Source of the DNA: Pseudomonadota bacterium
Lineage (GTDB): Bacteria > Pseudomonadota > Alphaproteobacteria > SHVZ01
DNA: 64,000 bases
Assembly (NCBI GenBank): GCA_016195085.1
Contig: JACQAG010000022.1
Location: 10,700-74,699, forward strand
Direction of reading: 5' to 3'
The translations under genes and the position numbers were made by a program. Position 1 is the first letter of the stretch, and every line of letters begins with the position of its first letter. The notes beneath the pieces were generated by a model that saw only the letters and a list, made by a program, of their open reading frames with translations, was not told the origin of the DNA and ran no database searches. Positions 30,648 to 40,224 of the stretch are shown in pieces.

Positions 30648-31628
30648 ATGGCGTCCGACGGCAAGCCCGAAATCCTGTTCGTGGGCAGTATGCCCCAATG
30701 GTTCATGGAGCGCATGGCGCGGGACTTCAGCCTGCTCGAGCTGCAGAAGGCCAAGGACCAAGCCGCCTTCCTCAAGGAGGTGGGTCCGCGCATCCGCGCC
30801 ATCGGCGCTGCCGGGCCGGTCGAGCGCTTGCTGATCGAGGCATTGCCTGAGCTCGGACTCATCGCCGGCATGGGAGCCGGCTATGAGCGTCTCGACGTCG
30901 TTGCCGCCGGCGAGCGCGGGATCATGGTGACCAACACGCCGGGCGTCACCGATGAGTGCGTCGCCGACATGGCTTTCGCACTGCTGCTGGCTGTCGGCCG
31001 CCACATCGTCGCCGGCGACAGGTTCGTGCGCGCCGGCAAATGGCCGGGCAATTCCTATCCTTTGGTCAGCCGCGTGAACGGCCGCCGTCTCGGGATTTTG
31101 GGCCTGGGCCGCATCGGCCTCGCGATTGCCCGGCGCGCCGAAGCCTTCCGCATGCCGGTTGCCTATCACAACCGCAAGGCGCGCCAGGATCTGGCCTATC
31201 GTCACCATCCCAGCCTGGAGGACCTGGCGGCGGACTCGGACTATCTCGTCGTCGCTTGCCCCGGCGGACCGGGGACGCACCGCATCGTGAACGCCGCCGT
31301 GCTCCGCGCGCTCGGGCCCAAGGGCATCATCGTCAACATCGCGCGCGGCTCGATCATCGATGAGCCGGCGCTGCTGCGCGCCCTCCAGGACGGCACCGTC
31401 GCCGGGGCCGGCCTCGATGTCTTCGAGTTCGAGCCAGAGATGGACGCCGCCTTCATGAAGCTCGACAATGTCGTGCTGACGCCGCATCGCGGCGGCGGCA
31501 CCTACGAGACCTGGGAGGACGCCTGCGACCTGGTGAAGGCCAACCTCGCGCAGTTCTTCAAGGACGGCAGCGTGCTGACGCCGGTGCCGGAGATGCGGAA
31601 AAAGCAGATGAAGCGGGCGGGCGATTAG
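30648..31628 (+). CDS. D-isomer-specific 2-hydroxyacid dehydrogenase (GyaR/GhrB-like)
   Basis: GILGLGRIGLAIARRAEAF NAD-binding motif; catalytic R..E..H region (IARGSIIDE..., TPHRGG). Confidence 0.8.
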   Translation: MASDGKPEILFVGSMPQWFMERMARDFSLLELQKAKDQAAFLKEVGPRIRAIGAAGPVERLLIEALPELGLIAGMGAGYERLDVVAAGERGIMVTNTPGVTDECVADMAFALLLAVGRHIVAGDRFVRAGKWPGNSYPLVSRVNGRRLGILGLGRIGLAIARRAEAFRMPVAYHNRKARQDLAYRHHPSLEDLAADSDYLVVACPGGPGTHRIVNAAVLRALGPKGIIVNIARGSIIDEPALLRALQDGTVAGAGLDVFEFEPEMDAAFMKLDNVVLTPHRGGGTYETWEDACDLVKANLAQFFKDGSVLTPVPEMRKKQMKRAGD

Positions 31629-31663
31629 CACGGGCCACTACCAAGATTGAATGCCCCCACCCT

Positions 31664-31756
31664 GACCCTCCCCCGCCTTCCGGCGGGGGAGGGAATTGGA
31701 TGCTGCCTTTGACTCCCTCCCTCGCGCGTAAGCGCGGGGGAGGGCGGGGGTGGGGG
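31664..31756. repeat. GC-rich structured palindromic repeat (subtype 1)
   Basis: GCCCCCACCCTGACCCTCCCCCGC..GGGGGAGGG...GGGGGTGGGGGC. Confidence 0.8.
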
Positions 31757-31814
31757 CATTCGGAGCGAACACCCACGGTGCGTTCATCGCCGCAGCCATG
31801 ACCGGGCGCCGCTT

Positions 31815-32657
31815 CTAATTCAGAAGCTTGGCAACGAAGCGCGGCAGCTGGAAGGCGGCTTGGTGCAGCTCGGGGGAATAGTAGCGCGTATCGCGGAGGC
31901 GGGAGGTGCGGGTCTTTAGCGCCTCGGGCTTCTGCTGCCGGAGCGAGGCATCGTCGCTGGCCCAGCCCAAGGCCATGAAGCCGCCGTAATACGACGGCAC
32001 GGCGGCGAGGAAGCAGGCGGCATCGGCGAAGAGCGGCTTCAGCCGTCGATGCACCATGGTGAGCTCGTCGCCCTGGAAGAACGGCACGCCGTTCTGCAGC
32101 ACCAAGACGCCGCCGGCGGCGAGGCAGCGCTTGCATTCCTCGTAGAAGGCGACGGTGAACAGCACCTCGCCCGGGCCCTGCGGGTCGGTCGAGTCGACGA
32201 TGATCACGTCGAACTTGCGATCGGTCTCGGCGATGAACTTCATGCCGTCGGCGATCACCAGCTCGAAGCGGGGATCGGCGAATGCGCCGGCGGACACCTC
32301 GGGGAAGTATTCCTTGGACAGGTCCACGACGGCGCGATCGATCTCCACCATGGTCACGCGCTCGACGTCGTGCCGGAGCGCCTCGCGCAGGATCCCGCCG
32401 TCGCCGCCACCGACGATCAGCACCCGCTTCGCCTTGCCATGGGCCACGATCGGCACATGGGTCAGCATCTCGTGGTAGATGAACTCGTCCTTCTGGGTGA
32501 GCTGGATGACGCCATCGAGCGCCAGCACGCGGCCGAACACCGGCGTCTCGAAGATCACCAGATCCTGGTGCTCCGTCTTGATCCGGTGGACGATCTTACT
32601 GACCGCGAAACGCTGACCCACATCGGGGTACAGCGTCTCGCAGAACCAATCGGTCAC
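31815..32657 (-). CDS. speE: Spermidine synthase (polyamine aminopropyltransferase)
   Basis: VLIVGGGDGGILRE, DVIIVDSTDPQGPGE motifs; GTG start overlapping speD stop. Confidence 0.85.
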   Translation of the reverse strand: MTDWFCETLYPDVGQRFAVSKIVHRIKTEHQDLVIFETPVFGRVLALDGVIQLTQKDEFIYHEMLTHVPIVAHGKAKRVLIVGGGDGGILREALRHDVERVTMVEIDRAVVDLSKEYFPEVSAGAFADPRFELVIADGMKFIAETDRKFDVIIVDSTDPQGPGEVLFTVAFYEECKRCLAAGGVLVLQNGVPFFQGDELTMVHRRLKPLFADAACFLAAVPSYYGGFMALGWASDDASLRQQKPEALKTRTSRLRDTRYYSPELHQAAFQLPRFVAKLLN

Positions 32658-33157
32658 ACCAATCCTCGGCGATGTTCGACGAACTGCACCGAGCTCGGCT
32701 TGAAGGCCTCGCGCAGCACCGGCACCGCCTTGTGCGGCAAGGCGCTGCCGCACATGAACACATCGAGCGCGGCGTAGCCCCGCTCGGGCCAGGTGTGAAT
32801 GCTGATGTGGCTCTCTGCCAGCACCGCCACACCCGAGATGCCGCCCGACGGCTCGAACCGATGCAGGTGGATGTGCAATAGGGTCGCATTGCACGCCACG
32901 ACCGCGCGTCGCAAGGTTCGGTCGATGTGCTCGACATCGTCCAGCCCGGAGGCGCCCCAGAGATCGATGATCAAATGGGTTCCGGCGAAGGTCATTCCGT
33001 CGCGGGTGACGAAATGGTCGTCGGCTTCGATCTTAGTCCGCTGCTTTTTCTTTTGCCGGCGCGCGTTGGTCTCGGTCTCCCGGTTGGCTGGCTTCGCTTC
33101 GCGCGCCCGGGTTTCCAAGTCCATCCCCGCTGGGTCAAGAAAGATGGTGTCGGCCAT
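32654..33157 (-). CDS. speD: S-adenosylmethionine decarboxylase proenzyme (SpeH type)
   Basis: GTHLIIDLWG...AVLAESHISIHTWPE processing-site region (ES cleavage motif). Confidence 0.8.
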   Translation of the reverse strand: MADTIFLDPAGMDLETRAREAKPANRETETNARRQKKKQRTKIEADDHFVTRDGMTFAGTHLIIDLWGASGLDDVEHIDRTLRRAVVACNATLLHIHLHRFEPSGGISGVAVLAESHISIHTWPERGYAALDVFMCGSALPHKAVPVLREAFKPSSVQFVEHRRGLV

Positions 33158-33354
33158 CGCTCCCAATCTCCAACTATGAGATGTCCCAGAAATCACAAGG
33201 GTCGGTATCTGGGGCAAAAACACCTTGAGATCAAGAGGAAAATCCCCGCCGCCGGAAAAAACATGTCCGCCGCGCATCGGCGCCGCATCGCCGGGGGCGC
33301 ATTGCACCCTGATCCACCGGGCGCCGGGGGGAAGGTCCGGCTCCGATTCTGGCC

Positions 33355-34362
33355 TCAGCGGCGCGAGCTCCGCCGCCTGGGCTCGCCGCGCTCGCTGGAG
33401 GCCTTCATCGTCGGCCAGACCGGTCCGAACGCCCGCTCGACCTCTGCGATCGCCGGACCCTCACCCTTGCGATGCGCCTTGAGCGCGCCGGCGATGGCGG
33501 CCAGATGCTCGTAGCTCGAGCCGCAGCAGCCGCCGATGATCCTGGCGCCAGCGTCGAGCGCCAGGCGGGCGTATGTCGCCATCTGCTCGGGCGAGCCGGA
33601 ATAGTGGATCGCGCCGTCCATATACTGGGGAACGCCGCAATTGCCTTTGGCGATGATGACGTCGTCCGCCGCCGCCGCGCCGGCCATCAGCAGCACGCTG
33701 TCCAGGAGCTCGCCCGGACCCACGCCGCAATTGGCGCCGAACGCAGCCGGCCGCGTGCCGAGGGTGTGGGTGAACCGGGCGAAGTCGGCCGGCGTCACCC
33801 CCATCATGGTGCGCGCGTTGGTATCGAAGCTCATGGTGGTGACGATCGGAAGCCCGGTCGCCGCGGCGGCTTCCGCGGCCGCCGCCACCTCCTCGCGTGC
33901 CGACATGGTCTCGATCCAGAGCACATCGACGCCGCCCTCCGCTAGGCCCTGCGCCTGCTCGGCGAAGGCGGCGACGGCATCGGCGTGGCTGAGCGCGCCC
34001 AAGGGCTGAAACAGCTCGCCGGTCGGGCCGATCGAGCCGCCGACGATGACCTTCCGTCCGGCGGCATCGGCTACGCCGCGGGCGATGCGGGCGGCGGCGC
34101 GATTGAGCTCGATCACGCGGTCCTGGGCATTGTGCAGCTTCAAGCGCTGGCGGGTGCCGCCGAAGCTGTTGGTCAGCACGATGTCCGAGCCGGCCTCGAC
34201 GAAGCCTCGATGCACGCGCGCCACCCGCTCCGGGTGGTCGACGTTCCACAGCTCCGGCGCTTCGCCGCTCATCAAACCTTGGGAGAAGAGGTTGGTGCCC
34301 ATGGCGCCGTCGGCGACCAGATAAGGGCGGATTTGCAGGAGCTCGAGGAAAGAGTTTGCCAT
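33355..34362 (-). CDS. Homocysteine S-methyltransferase family protein (BHMT/MmuM-like)
   Basis: ADGAMGTNL N-terminus, GGCCGSSYEHL zinc-binding Cys cluster. Confidence 0.75.
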   Translation of the reverse strand: MANSFLELLQIRPYLVADGAMGTNLFSQGLMSGEAPELWNVDHPERVARVHRGFVEAGSDIVLTNSFGGTRQRLKLHNAQDRVIELNRAAARIARGVADAAGRKVIVGGSIGPTGELFQPLGALSHADAVAAFAEQAQGLAEGGVDVLWIETMSAREEVAAAAEAAAATGLPIVTTMSFDTNARTMMGVTPADFARFTHTLGTRPAAFGANCGVGPGELLDSVLLMAGAAAADDVIIAKGNCGVPQYMDGAIHYSGSPEQMATYARLALDAGARIIGGCCGSSYEHLAAIAGALKAHRKGEGPAIAEVERAFGPVWPTMKASSERGEPRRRSSRR

Positions 34363-34371
34363 GTCTCTAGC

Positions 34372-34617
34372 CTATGAGCCGGCTTGCGCGAGGCCGTCGG
34401 AACGACCCCGGCGGCGCGTCTCGCGGCGGCGGTCGAGCCCGAGGGCGGTGCGTCGGTCGCGCAGGCGCGCGAGGATAGCGTGACGGCCGGCGTTGTCGAG
34501 GCTGAGCCAGGCGCCGATCTCCTCGCTCGACCTGAAGCAGCCGGTGCAATAGCCCGTGGCCGGGTCGAGCTGGCAGACGGCAATGCAAGGCGAGGGCAGC
34601 GGAATGTCGAAGGACAT
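34372..34617 (-). CDS. DUF1289-like small Cys-rich protein
   Basis: PCIAVCQLDPATGYCTGCFRSSEEIGAW cysteine motif. Confidence 0.6.
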   Translation of the reverse strand: MSFDIPLPSPCIAVCQLDPATGYCTGCFRSSEEIGAWLSLDNAGRHAILARLRDRRTALGLDRRRETRRRGRSDGLAQAGS

Positions 34618-34670
34618 CGTTGACCCACTACGCCAAAGCCGCCGCCTTCGCCAGTCAATTTCGGGGTGTG

Positions 34671-35438
34671 CTAGCCGGTGATCTGCGTATAGACGGTGCG
34701 GGCGATGGGCAGGAGCCGGTCGCGGTCGAGGTCGCCGCTGAGCGCGCAGCCGATCGGACCGTCGAGCCAGTAGAAGACCTTGACGCCGTTCTCGTCGGTG
34801 AAGCGGAAGGCGGTCTCCCGGTTGTCGGGGCTCGCCCTGAGATAGAGGGTCAAACGCTGGCCGGACGCGTTCTCGTACATGAACTGCGCCGCCGGCTGAC
34901 CGTCCGACGGCAACAGCCGGCCACCGACGAGCTGGAAGCCGTAGCTCGCGAGCCGCGGCACCTTCAAAGGTTGGCCCAGCCGCTTGGACAGCCAGGCGAC
35001 GAGATGCTCTTCCTCGTTGGCCGCGACCTCGACCGGGTGGCGCACCTCGGCCACGAACAGCCGGTGGGCATCGACCGCCTGCCGGGCCAGCGCTCCGGAG
35101 ATGCGGCCGCCGGTCGGGGCCTCGTGGGCGAGCCAGCCCGTGCCCAGCCCGAGCCCGAACAAGGCGATCGAGGCCGCAACCGCCCTGAGGCGCTTCGCCC
35201 AGCTCCGGCCCGGCTGCTCGACCGCCCGCTTGAGGCGATCGGGCAGGGCCTCGAGCAGCACCGGATCGTAGGCCCGCCGCACCGCCTCGGCGATGCGCCG
35301 ATAGTCGGCGACCCGGGCGGCGTCCTCCGGGTTAATCTCCAAGTGGCGTTCGACCTCGGCCAGGCGTTCCGGTGCCAGCGCGCCGTCCACATAGGCATTC
35401 AGGTCCAGCTCGCCGATCGGTCGCGTCGGCTCGGTCAT
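34671..35438 (-). CDS. Anti-sigma factor (single TM, periplasmic C-terminal domain)
   Basis: N-terminal LNAYVDGAL..ERHLE motif of anti-sigma N-terminal domain; TM segment; 4-bp overlap with ECF sigma gene. Confidence 0.7.
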   Translation of the reverse strand: MTEPTRPIGELDLNAYVDGALAPERLAEVERHLEINPEDAARVADYRRIAEAVRRAYDPVLLEALPDRLKRAVEQPGRSWAKRLRAVAASIALFGLGLGTGWLAHEAPTGGRISGALARQAVDAHRLFVAEVRHPVEVAANEEEHLVAWLSKRLGQPLKVPRLASYGFQLVGGRLLPSDGQPAAQFMYENASGQRLTLYLRASPDNRETAFRFTDENGVKVFYWLDGPIGCALSGDLDRDRLLPIARTVYTQITG

Positions 35439-35938
35439 TTCACTCTCCGCAGCGCGGGCGGCGTCTCGCCGGATAGGGCCTGGCGCAAACGATCGCGGCC
35501 GCGCGCCAGCCGCGACATGACCGTTCCGATCGGCACGCCCAGGGTATTCGCCGCGTCTTGGTAGCTGAAGCCCTCGAGAGTGACCAGGAGCAGCACCTCG
35601 CGTTGGTCCTCCGGCAGTCGTTCGAGGGCAGCGGCCAGCTCGCCGAGCGCGACCCGGTCAATCTGCCGGGCCGGCTCGGCGAGCGGACCGCTCGCCTCCA
35701 GCGACACCGCTGGGGGCATTGCGGTGCGCTGGCGAGCTTGGTTCACGTGAATGTTGTGCATGATCGTAAATAGCCAGGAACGAAGTGATCCCGTCGGTTG
35801 CCACAAATGCCAGCGTCCGAGCGCCCGCTCGAGACAGTCCTGCACCAGGTCGTCAGCACGATCCGCGTCGCGCAGCAAGGCGCGCGCATAGCGCCGAAGG
35901 CTCGGCACCTGCTCCAAGATGGCGTTGCGGCTCAACAA
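35435..35938 (-). CDS. ECF (sigma-70 family) RNA polymerase sigma factor
   Basis: Region 2 DLVQDCLERAL...WLFTIMHN, region 4 LEGFSYQDAANTLGVPIGTVMSRLARGR. Confidence 0.8.
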   Translation of the reverse strand: MLSRNAILEQVPSLRRYARALLRDADRADDLVQDCLERALGRWHLWQPTGSLRSWLFTIMHNIHVNQARQRTAMPPAVSLEASGPLAEPARQIDRVALGELAAALERLPEDQREVLLLVTLEGFSYQDAANTLGVPIGTVMSRLARGRDRLRQALSGETPPALRRVK

Positions 35939-36043
35939 TCCGACGCCTTGCCCCCTTTGGCGTTCGCGGGCCAGGTTTTCCGGCCCGGAACAATGAGGTC
36001 AACAGCGGAACGAGCGATTTATTCCGGCAATAGCCGGAATCCT

Positions 36044-36637
36044 TCAACGCATCGGGTCGGCCATGCCGCCTGAATCGGCCTTGGATCCGGTGTCCGCGGT
36101 GGCGGCCGCACGTTGGGCAAGGCCCTTCTTTGCCTTGTACTGGGCGATCGCCTGCTTCAAGTCGGTGTATTCCTCGCAACCGAAGAAGCAGAGCCGGTCG
36201 AGCTTGGCCAGGTGCTCCTCGGCCTTCGGTAGGTCGTTCAGCATGAGGTAGAGCTCGCCCATATACTCGTTGGCGCCGCGATGGTTGGGACTGAGGCTGA
36301 GCGCCCGCTCATAGGCGAGCTTGGCCTCGTCGAGCTTTCCGGTCTTGCGCAGGCTAAATCCCAGGAAATTGAACACATCGGGGTCGTTGGAACGGCTGCT
36401 CGTCAATTTCTCGAGGGCAGGGATGGCGTTGGCGAAGTCCTCGCGCATCACCATCTTCACCGCCGCCGCATAGGCGGCATCGGCCTCATTCGCGGCCTTC
36501 CCGCCCCCGCCCTCGGCACCACCCCCGCCACCGCCGCCGCCGCCGCTCCCGCCGGCATCGGCAAGGGCCGGCGGGCTGGCTATAGCCAAGCTCACGGCCA
36601 CCGTCGCCGCGGCGAAAAACGCTCTGATATCCGGCAT
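36044..36637 (-). CDS. Secreted TPR-repeat protein with poly-Gly tract
   Basis: Signal peptide, GGSGGGGGGGGGAEGGGG, TPR-like helices (LGFSLRKTGKLDEAKLAYERALSL...). Confidence 0.65.
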   Translation of the reverse strand: MPDIRAFFAAATVAVSLAIASPPALADAGGSGGGGGGGGGAEGGGGKAANEADAAYAAAVKMVMREDFANAIPALEKLTSSRSNDPDVFNFLGFSLRKTGKLDEAKLAYERALSLSPNHRGANEYMGELYLMLNDLPKAEEHLAKLDRLCFFGCEEYTDLKQAIAQYKAKKGLAQRAAATADTGSKADSGGMADPMR

Positions 36638-36705
36638 TGCTCCTCCCTTTCCCTGGCGCAGCCTATCCAAGGTCCTAACCCAAAGGAACAGCGCAGCTGC
36701 GGGGC

Positions 36706-37590
36706 TTATTCCCGCGCTTCATCCTCGATCGCAAGGAGAATGGCAGTGGCGTCGTCCCGGGGCTTCAGGCGCGGATAGCGGCGACAGGTGGCGTCCGCGG
36801 CTTCGATCTGGCGAAGCTCGCGGCCGAGATCGGCCAGCCCGAGCACGCAAGCGGCCTTGATGAAGCTGTCGGGCGTATAGGCGCCATAGGTGTCGACCAG
36901 GCGGAAAAAGCCGTCGGTAACCAGGAGGAGGGTGCCGGGTGGGGTGAGGATGAGCCGCTCCCGGTCGATCGAGGCGGTCGCGCCCGTCCTGCCTTCGGCC
37001 CAGTTGGCATAGCGCATGACCGAGCGGACGCGTGAACGACGAAGATCGCCGAGCATGGCGCTCAGCACCGCATCCGGATCGACGGTGCCGCCCGCATGGA
37101 GCGCCTGAACCGCGGCATTCACCTGGCGGTCGGATTGGTCTTCCCCCTGCAGGCCGAGGATCCGCCCCGGCCCCGGGGCGGCGAGCAGCAGCGCCTTGCC
37201 GTCGCCGAGGGACACCATTTCCAAGGACACCGTCCGGTCGCCGAGGCGCTGCCAGGCGACCGCCAGCAGGGTCGCCAGCGGCCGCCCATAGTCGGGCACC
37301 GCGGCGCCGGCGACGCCGGCGAAGGCGGCATTGGCGGCGCGGTAGGCCTGCCGCATCTGTTGTTCGAGGTCGCCGCCCAGCATCGCCTCTCGGGTCATGC
37401 AGCGGCTGAGGGTCAGGGCGAACCAGGCCGCATCGCTCTTGGCTTCCGGCACGTATTCTTGGTCCCCGACGCCGGTCGCTCCGTCGATGACCCAGGCCGC
37501 TCCCGCCGCCGGCGAGCCGATCCCGCCATAGGCATCGTCGTTGGCGGGGAGACCGGCCGCAAGGCTGAGGCGGTCGATGATGTTGAACAT
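36706..37590 (-). CDS. PP2C/SpoIIE-family protein phosphatase
   Basis: VIDGATGVG, LLVTDGFFRLVD and C-terminal DDATAILL motifs. Confidence 0.6.
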   Translation of the reverse strand: MFNIIDRLSLAAGLPANDDAYGGIGSPAAGAAWVIDGATGVGDQEYVPEAKSDAAWFALTLSRCMTREAMLGGDLEQQMRQAYRAANAAFAGVAGAAVPDYGRPLATLLAVAWQRLGDRTVSLEMVSLGDGKALLLAAPGPGRILGLQGEDQSDRQVNAAVQALHAGGTVDPDAVLSAMLGDLRRSRVRSVMRYANWAEGRTGATASIDRERLILTPPGTLLLVTDGFFRLVDTYGAYTPDSFIKAACVLGLADLGRELRQIEAADATCRRYPRLKPRDDATAILLAIEDEARE

Positions 37591-37655
37591 GGCCCAATCT
37601 ACCAGATCGGTCGTGTTAGGCTCGCCGGCGGCGGACGCAATGGAACGAGGGACCG

Positions 37656-38123
37656 ATGGCGCAATCGCTGGCCGATACCGAGGCGACACTTGAACCCGGC
37701 ATGGTTCTGGTGGCGGAATCCGGCGCGGGGCTGCTCACGCAGACGATGTTCGACGGGCGACACCGGCTCCTCGCCGACGAGCCCAAGGAGGCTGGCGGCA
37801 CCGATGCCGGCCCGGGCCCCTATGAGCTCTTGCTGATGGCGCTCGGCGCGTGCACCTCGATGACGATCCGGCTCTATGCGCGGCGGAAGAATTGGCCTTT
37901 GGAGCGGATCGAGGTCAGGCTCAGCCACGGCAAGATCTACGCAAAGGACTGCGCCGATTGTGAGACCAAGGAAGGCAAGATCGATCGGATCGAGCGTCGA
38001 ATCCAACTCGTGGGCGGGCTCGATGCCGCTCAGCGGCAACGCCTGATGGAGATCGCGGAGATGTGCCCGGTGCATCGCACGCTCACCTCAGAGATCAAGA
38101 TCGTCACCCGCGCCGGCGTCTGA
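37656..38123 (+). CDS. OsmC/Ohr family protein
   Basis: [17 protein letters not shown] and MCPVHRTL Cys motifs. Confidence 0.8.
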   Translation: MAQSLADTEATLEPGMVLVAESGAGLLTQTMFDGRHRLLADEPKEAGGTDAGPGPYELLLMALGACTSMTIRLYARRKNWPLERIEVRLSHGKIYAKDCADCETKEGKIDRIERRIQLVGGLDAAQRQRLMEIAEMCPVHRTLTSEIKIVTRAGV

Positions 38124-38155
38124 GCCGAGCCCTTCCAGAGAAGCCAGGAAACGTC

Positions 38156-39472
38156 ATGACAGGAGCCAAGACCATGCAGCTTGCCGAGCTCGAGCGGAGC
38201 CGGGTCGACCACCGCACCAAGGGCATTCCGGGCGGCAGCAACGCCACAGCGTTGAAGGAAATCGGCCAGCGCGGCTGGAACGTGCTGAAAGAGGATCTGG
38301 TCCTGCCGCTGGCGGTGCTGAGGGACTCGGCGCTGACCCACAATGGCCAGTGGATGCGCCGGTTCCTGGAGGCGAGCGGCGCGCTCTTCGCTCCGCACGG
38401 CAAGACCACCATGGCGCCGCAGCTGTTCAAGCGCCAGCTCGATGACGGGGCCTGGGGCATCACCGTGGCGACCGCGCAGCAGCTCGCGGTCTGCCGCGAT
38501 TTCGGCGTCAAGCGCGTGGTGATGGCGAACCAGCTCATCGGCCGCCATGCCATCCGCTACGTGCTCGACGAGATCGCGCGCGATCCGCAATTCGACTTCT
38601 ATTGCCTGGTCGACTCCCTCGATGGCGTGCGCATCCTGGCCGCGGCGGCGAAGGCAAGGGGTGCAGGTCGGCCGCTGCAGGTGCTGCTCGAGGGCGGCAT
38701 CGAAGGCGGGCGGACCGGCGTGCGCGACCTCGCAACCGGACTCGCCGTCGCGCGCGCGGTCGCGGCTTCGCGCCCGCATCTCGAGCTCCGCGGAACCGAA
38801 GGCTTCGAGGGCCTCCTGCAGGGCAAGACGCCGGAGGAGAGGCAGGCCAAGGTCGACGCCTTCCTCGACTTTCTGGCCGAGCTCGCGGTCAAGGCCGGTC
38901 AGGAAGGACTCTTCGGGCCCGGGGACATTCTGCTCAGCGCCGGCGGCTCGGCGTTCTATGACCGCGTCGTCGAGCGATTCCGTCAAGCGAAGGTCGAAGG
39001 CGCGCCCCGCATCGTCATCCGCAGCGGCTGCTATCTGACCCATGACGACGTCATGTACAGCCAGGCCTTCAAGCACGTGCTGGAGCGCTCGCCCGTCGCC
39101 CGCGGCCTCGGCGAGGGTCTACAGCCGGCGCTCGAAGTGTGGACCTATGTGCAGTCGCGGCCCGAATTCGGCCGCGCGCTCGTCACCATGGGCCGCCGCG
39201 ACGCCGGCGCCGATGCCGGCTGGCCGCTGCCCATCAAGTGGTTCCGTCCGGGCGTCCATGACCGGCCGCAGGCGATCGGCCCGGGCCATGTCTGTGTCGG
39301 CATGAACGACCAGCATGGCTATCTGGATCTGCCCGTGGGCTCGCCGCTCAAGGTCGGCGATTTGGTGGCGTTCGGCGTCTCGCACCCCTGCACCACCTTC
39401 GACAGCTGGCAGGTGCTCTACGTCGTCGACGACGATTACAATGTGACCGACGCCATCAGGACGTTCTTCTAA
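38156..39472 (+). CDS. Alanine-racemase-N-domain (DSD1/D-threonine aldolase/D-serine deaminase-like) PLP enzyme
   Basis: Fold-type III PLP enzyme layout; APHGKTTMAPQL lysine region. Confidence 0.6.
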   Translation: MTGAKTMQLAELERSRVDHRTKGIPGGSNATALKEIGQRGWNVLKEDLVLPLAVLRDSALTHNGQWMRRFLEASGALFAPHGKTTMAPQLFKRQLDDGAWGITVATAQQLAVCRDFGVKRVVMANQLIGRHAIRYVLDEIARDPQFDFYCLVDSLDGVRILAAAAKARGAGRPLQVLLEGGIEGGRTGVRDLATGLAVARAVAASRPHLELRGTEGFEGLLQGKTPEERQAKVDAFLDFLAELAVKAGQEGLFGPGDILLSAGGSAFYDRVVERFRQAKVEGAPRIVIRSGCYLTHDDVMYSQAFKHVLERSPVARGLGEGLQPALEVWTYVQSRPEFGRALVTMGRRDAGADAGWPLPIKWFRPGVHDRPQAIGPGHVCVGMNDQHGYLDLPVGSPLKVGDLVAFGVSHPCTTFDSWQVLYVVDDDYNVTDAIRTFF

Positions 39473-39508
39473 GACGGGACGCGCAGCCTCCGTGGTGTTC
39501 CTGGGGCT

Positions 39509-39527
39509 TGATGGCGTTTGACGCCAT
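39509..39527. promoter_or_regulatory. Perfect palindrome GATGGCGTttgACGCCATC upstream of the DUF6516/wHTH pair; candidate operator
   Basis: 8-bp arms, 3-nt spacer, 10-28 nt upstream of candidate start; a third GATGGC half-site follows at 39534. Confidence 0.4.
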
Positions 39528-39536
39528 CGGCCGTCG

Positions 39537-39842
39537 ATGGCATCTTGTTCCATCATGAGGGCCGAACTGCTGATCCGCGAAAGGGTTGTGTACCCGGACG
39601 GCAGCCTGGTCGAAATGGTCGTTTGGCGAGTGCCGCGGCCGGTCGCTCCGTCGCCGCATGGGTTCAAATATCGATTCGCGTATGTGGTCGGGCGGAAGAG
39701 GTTGGTTGGGTACGACAATGAACGCGGCAAAGGTGACCATCGGCATTTCATGGGGCGCGAACGAGCATTCACATTTACGTCGATCGAGGAGTTGTTGGCC
39801 CGTTTCGTGGCGGAGGTCGAGGCGTTGAGGAACGAGCAATGA
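39537..39842 (+). CDS. DUF6516-like small protein (the family database annotations label TumE-type toxin, from memory)
   Basis: VVYPDGSLVEMVVWRVP...HGFKYRFAYVV...LVGYDNERGKGDHRH motif set; 4-bp overlap with downstream wHTH gene. Confidence 0.45.
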   Translation: MASCSIMRAELLIRERVVYPDGSLVEMVVWRVPRPVAPSPHGFKYRFAYVVGRKRLVGYDNERGKGDHRHFMGRERAFTFTSIEELLARFVAEVEALRNEQ

Positions 39843-40201
39843 AGAAGCAGATAAGAGTTGGTGGATCGCTACGCGAGGCAGCCGCGCGTGTGCTGGATGC
39901 GTGGCGACGGGTCGAGCGAGGACGAAAGGTCCCGGCACAGGACAATGTGACGTTTCTCACGTGGTCCAGCTTGGCGTCGGTGATGACGGATCGCCGGCAT
40001 CAGTTGCTGCGCCATCTCCATCGGCATCCGGAACCAAGCATTCGCGCGCTCGCACGAGCTCTCGGACGCGACTACAAGCGGGTCTACGAGGATGTGCAGG
40101 CGCTCGCGGCGGTAGGGCTCTTGGAGAAGGACGGGACCATGTTGCGCGCGAGCTACGAGGAGATCCAGGCTTCGATCAGCATGAGCGAGATTGCTGCTTA
40201 G
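39839..40201 (+). CDS. Winged-helix DNA-binding protein (HVO_A0114-like), putative antitoxin/regulator partner
   Basis: wHTH SIRALARALGRDYKRVYEDVQALAAVGLLEKDG. Confidence 0.45.
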   Translation: MKKQIRVGGSLREAAARVLDAWRRVERGRKVPAQDNVTFLTWSSLASVMTDRRHQLLRHLHRHPEPSIRALARALGRDYKRVYEDVQALAAVGLLEKDGTMLRASYEEIQASISMSEIAA

Positions 40202-40224
40202 GTCTGGCAGAAAGCGTTCGCTCC

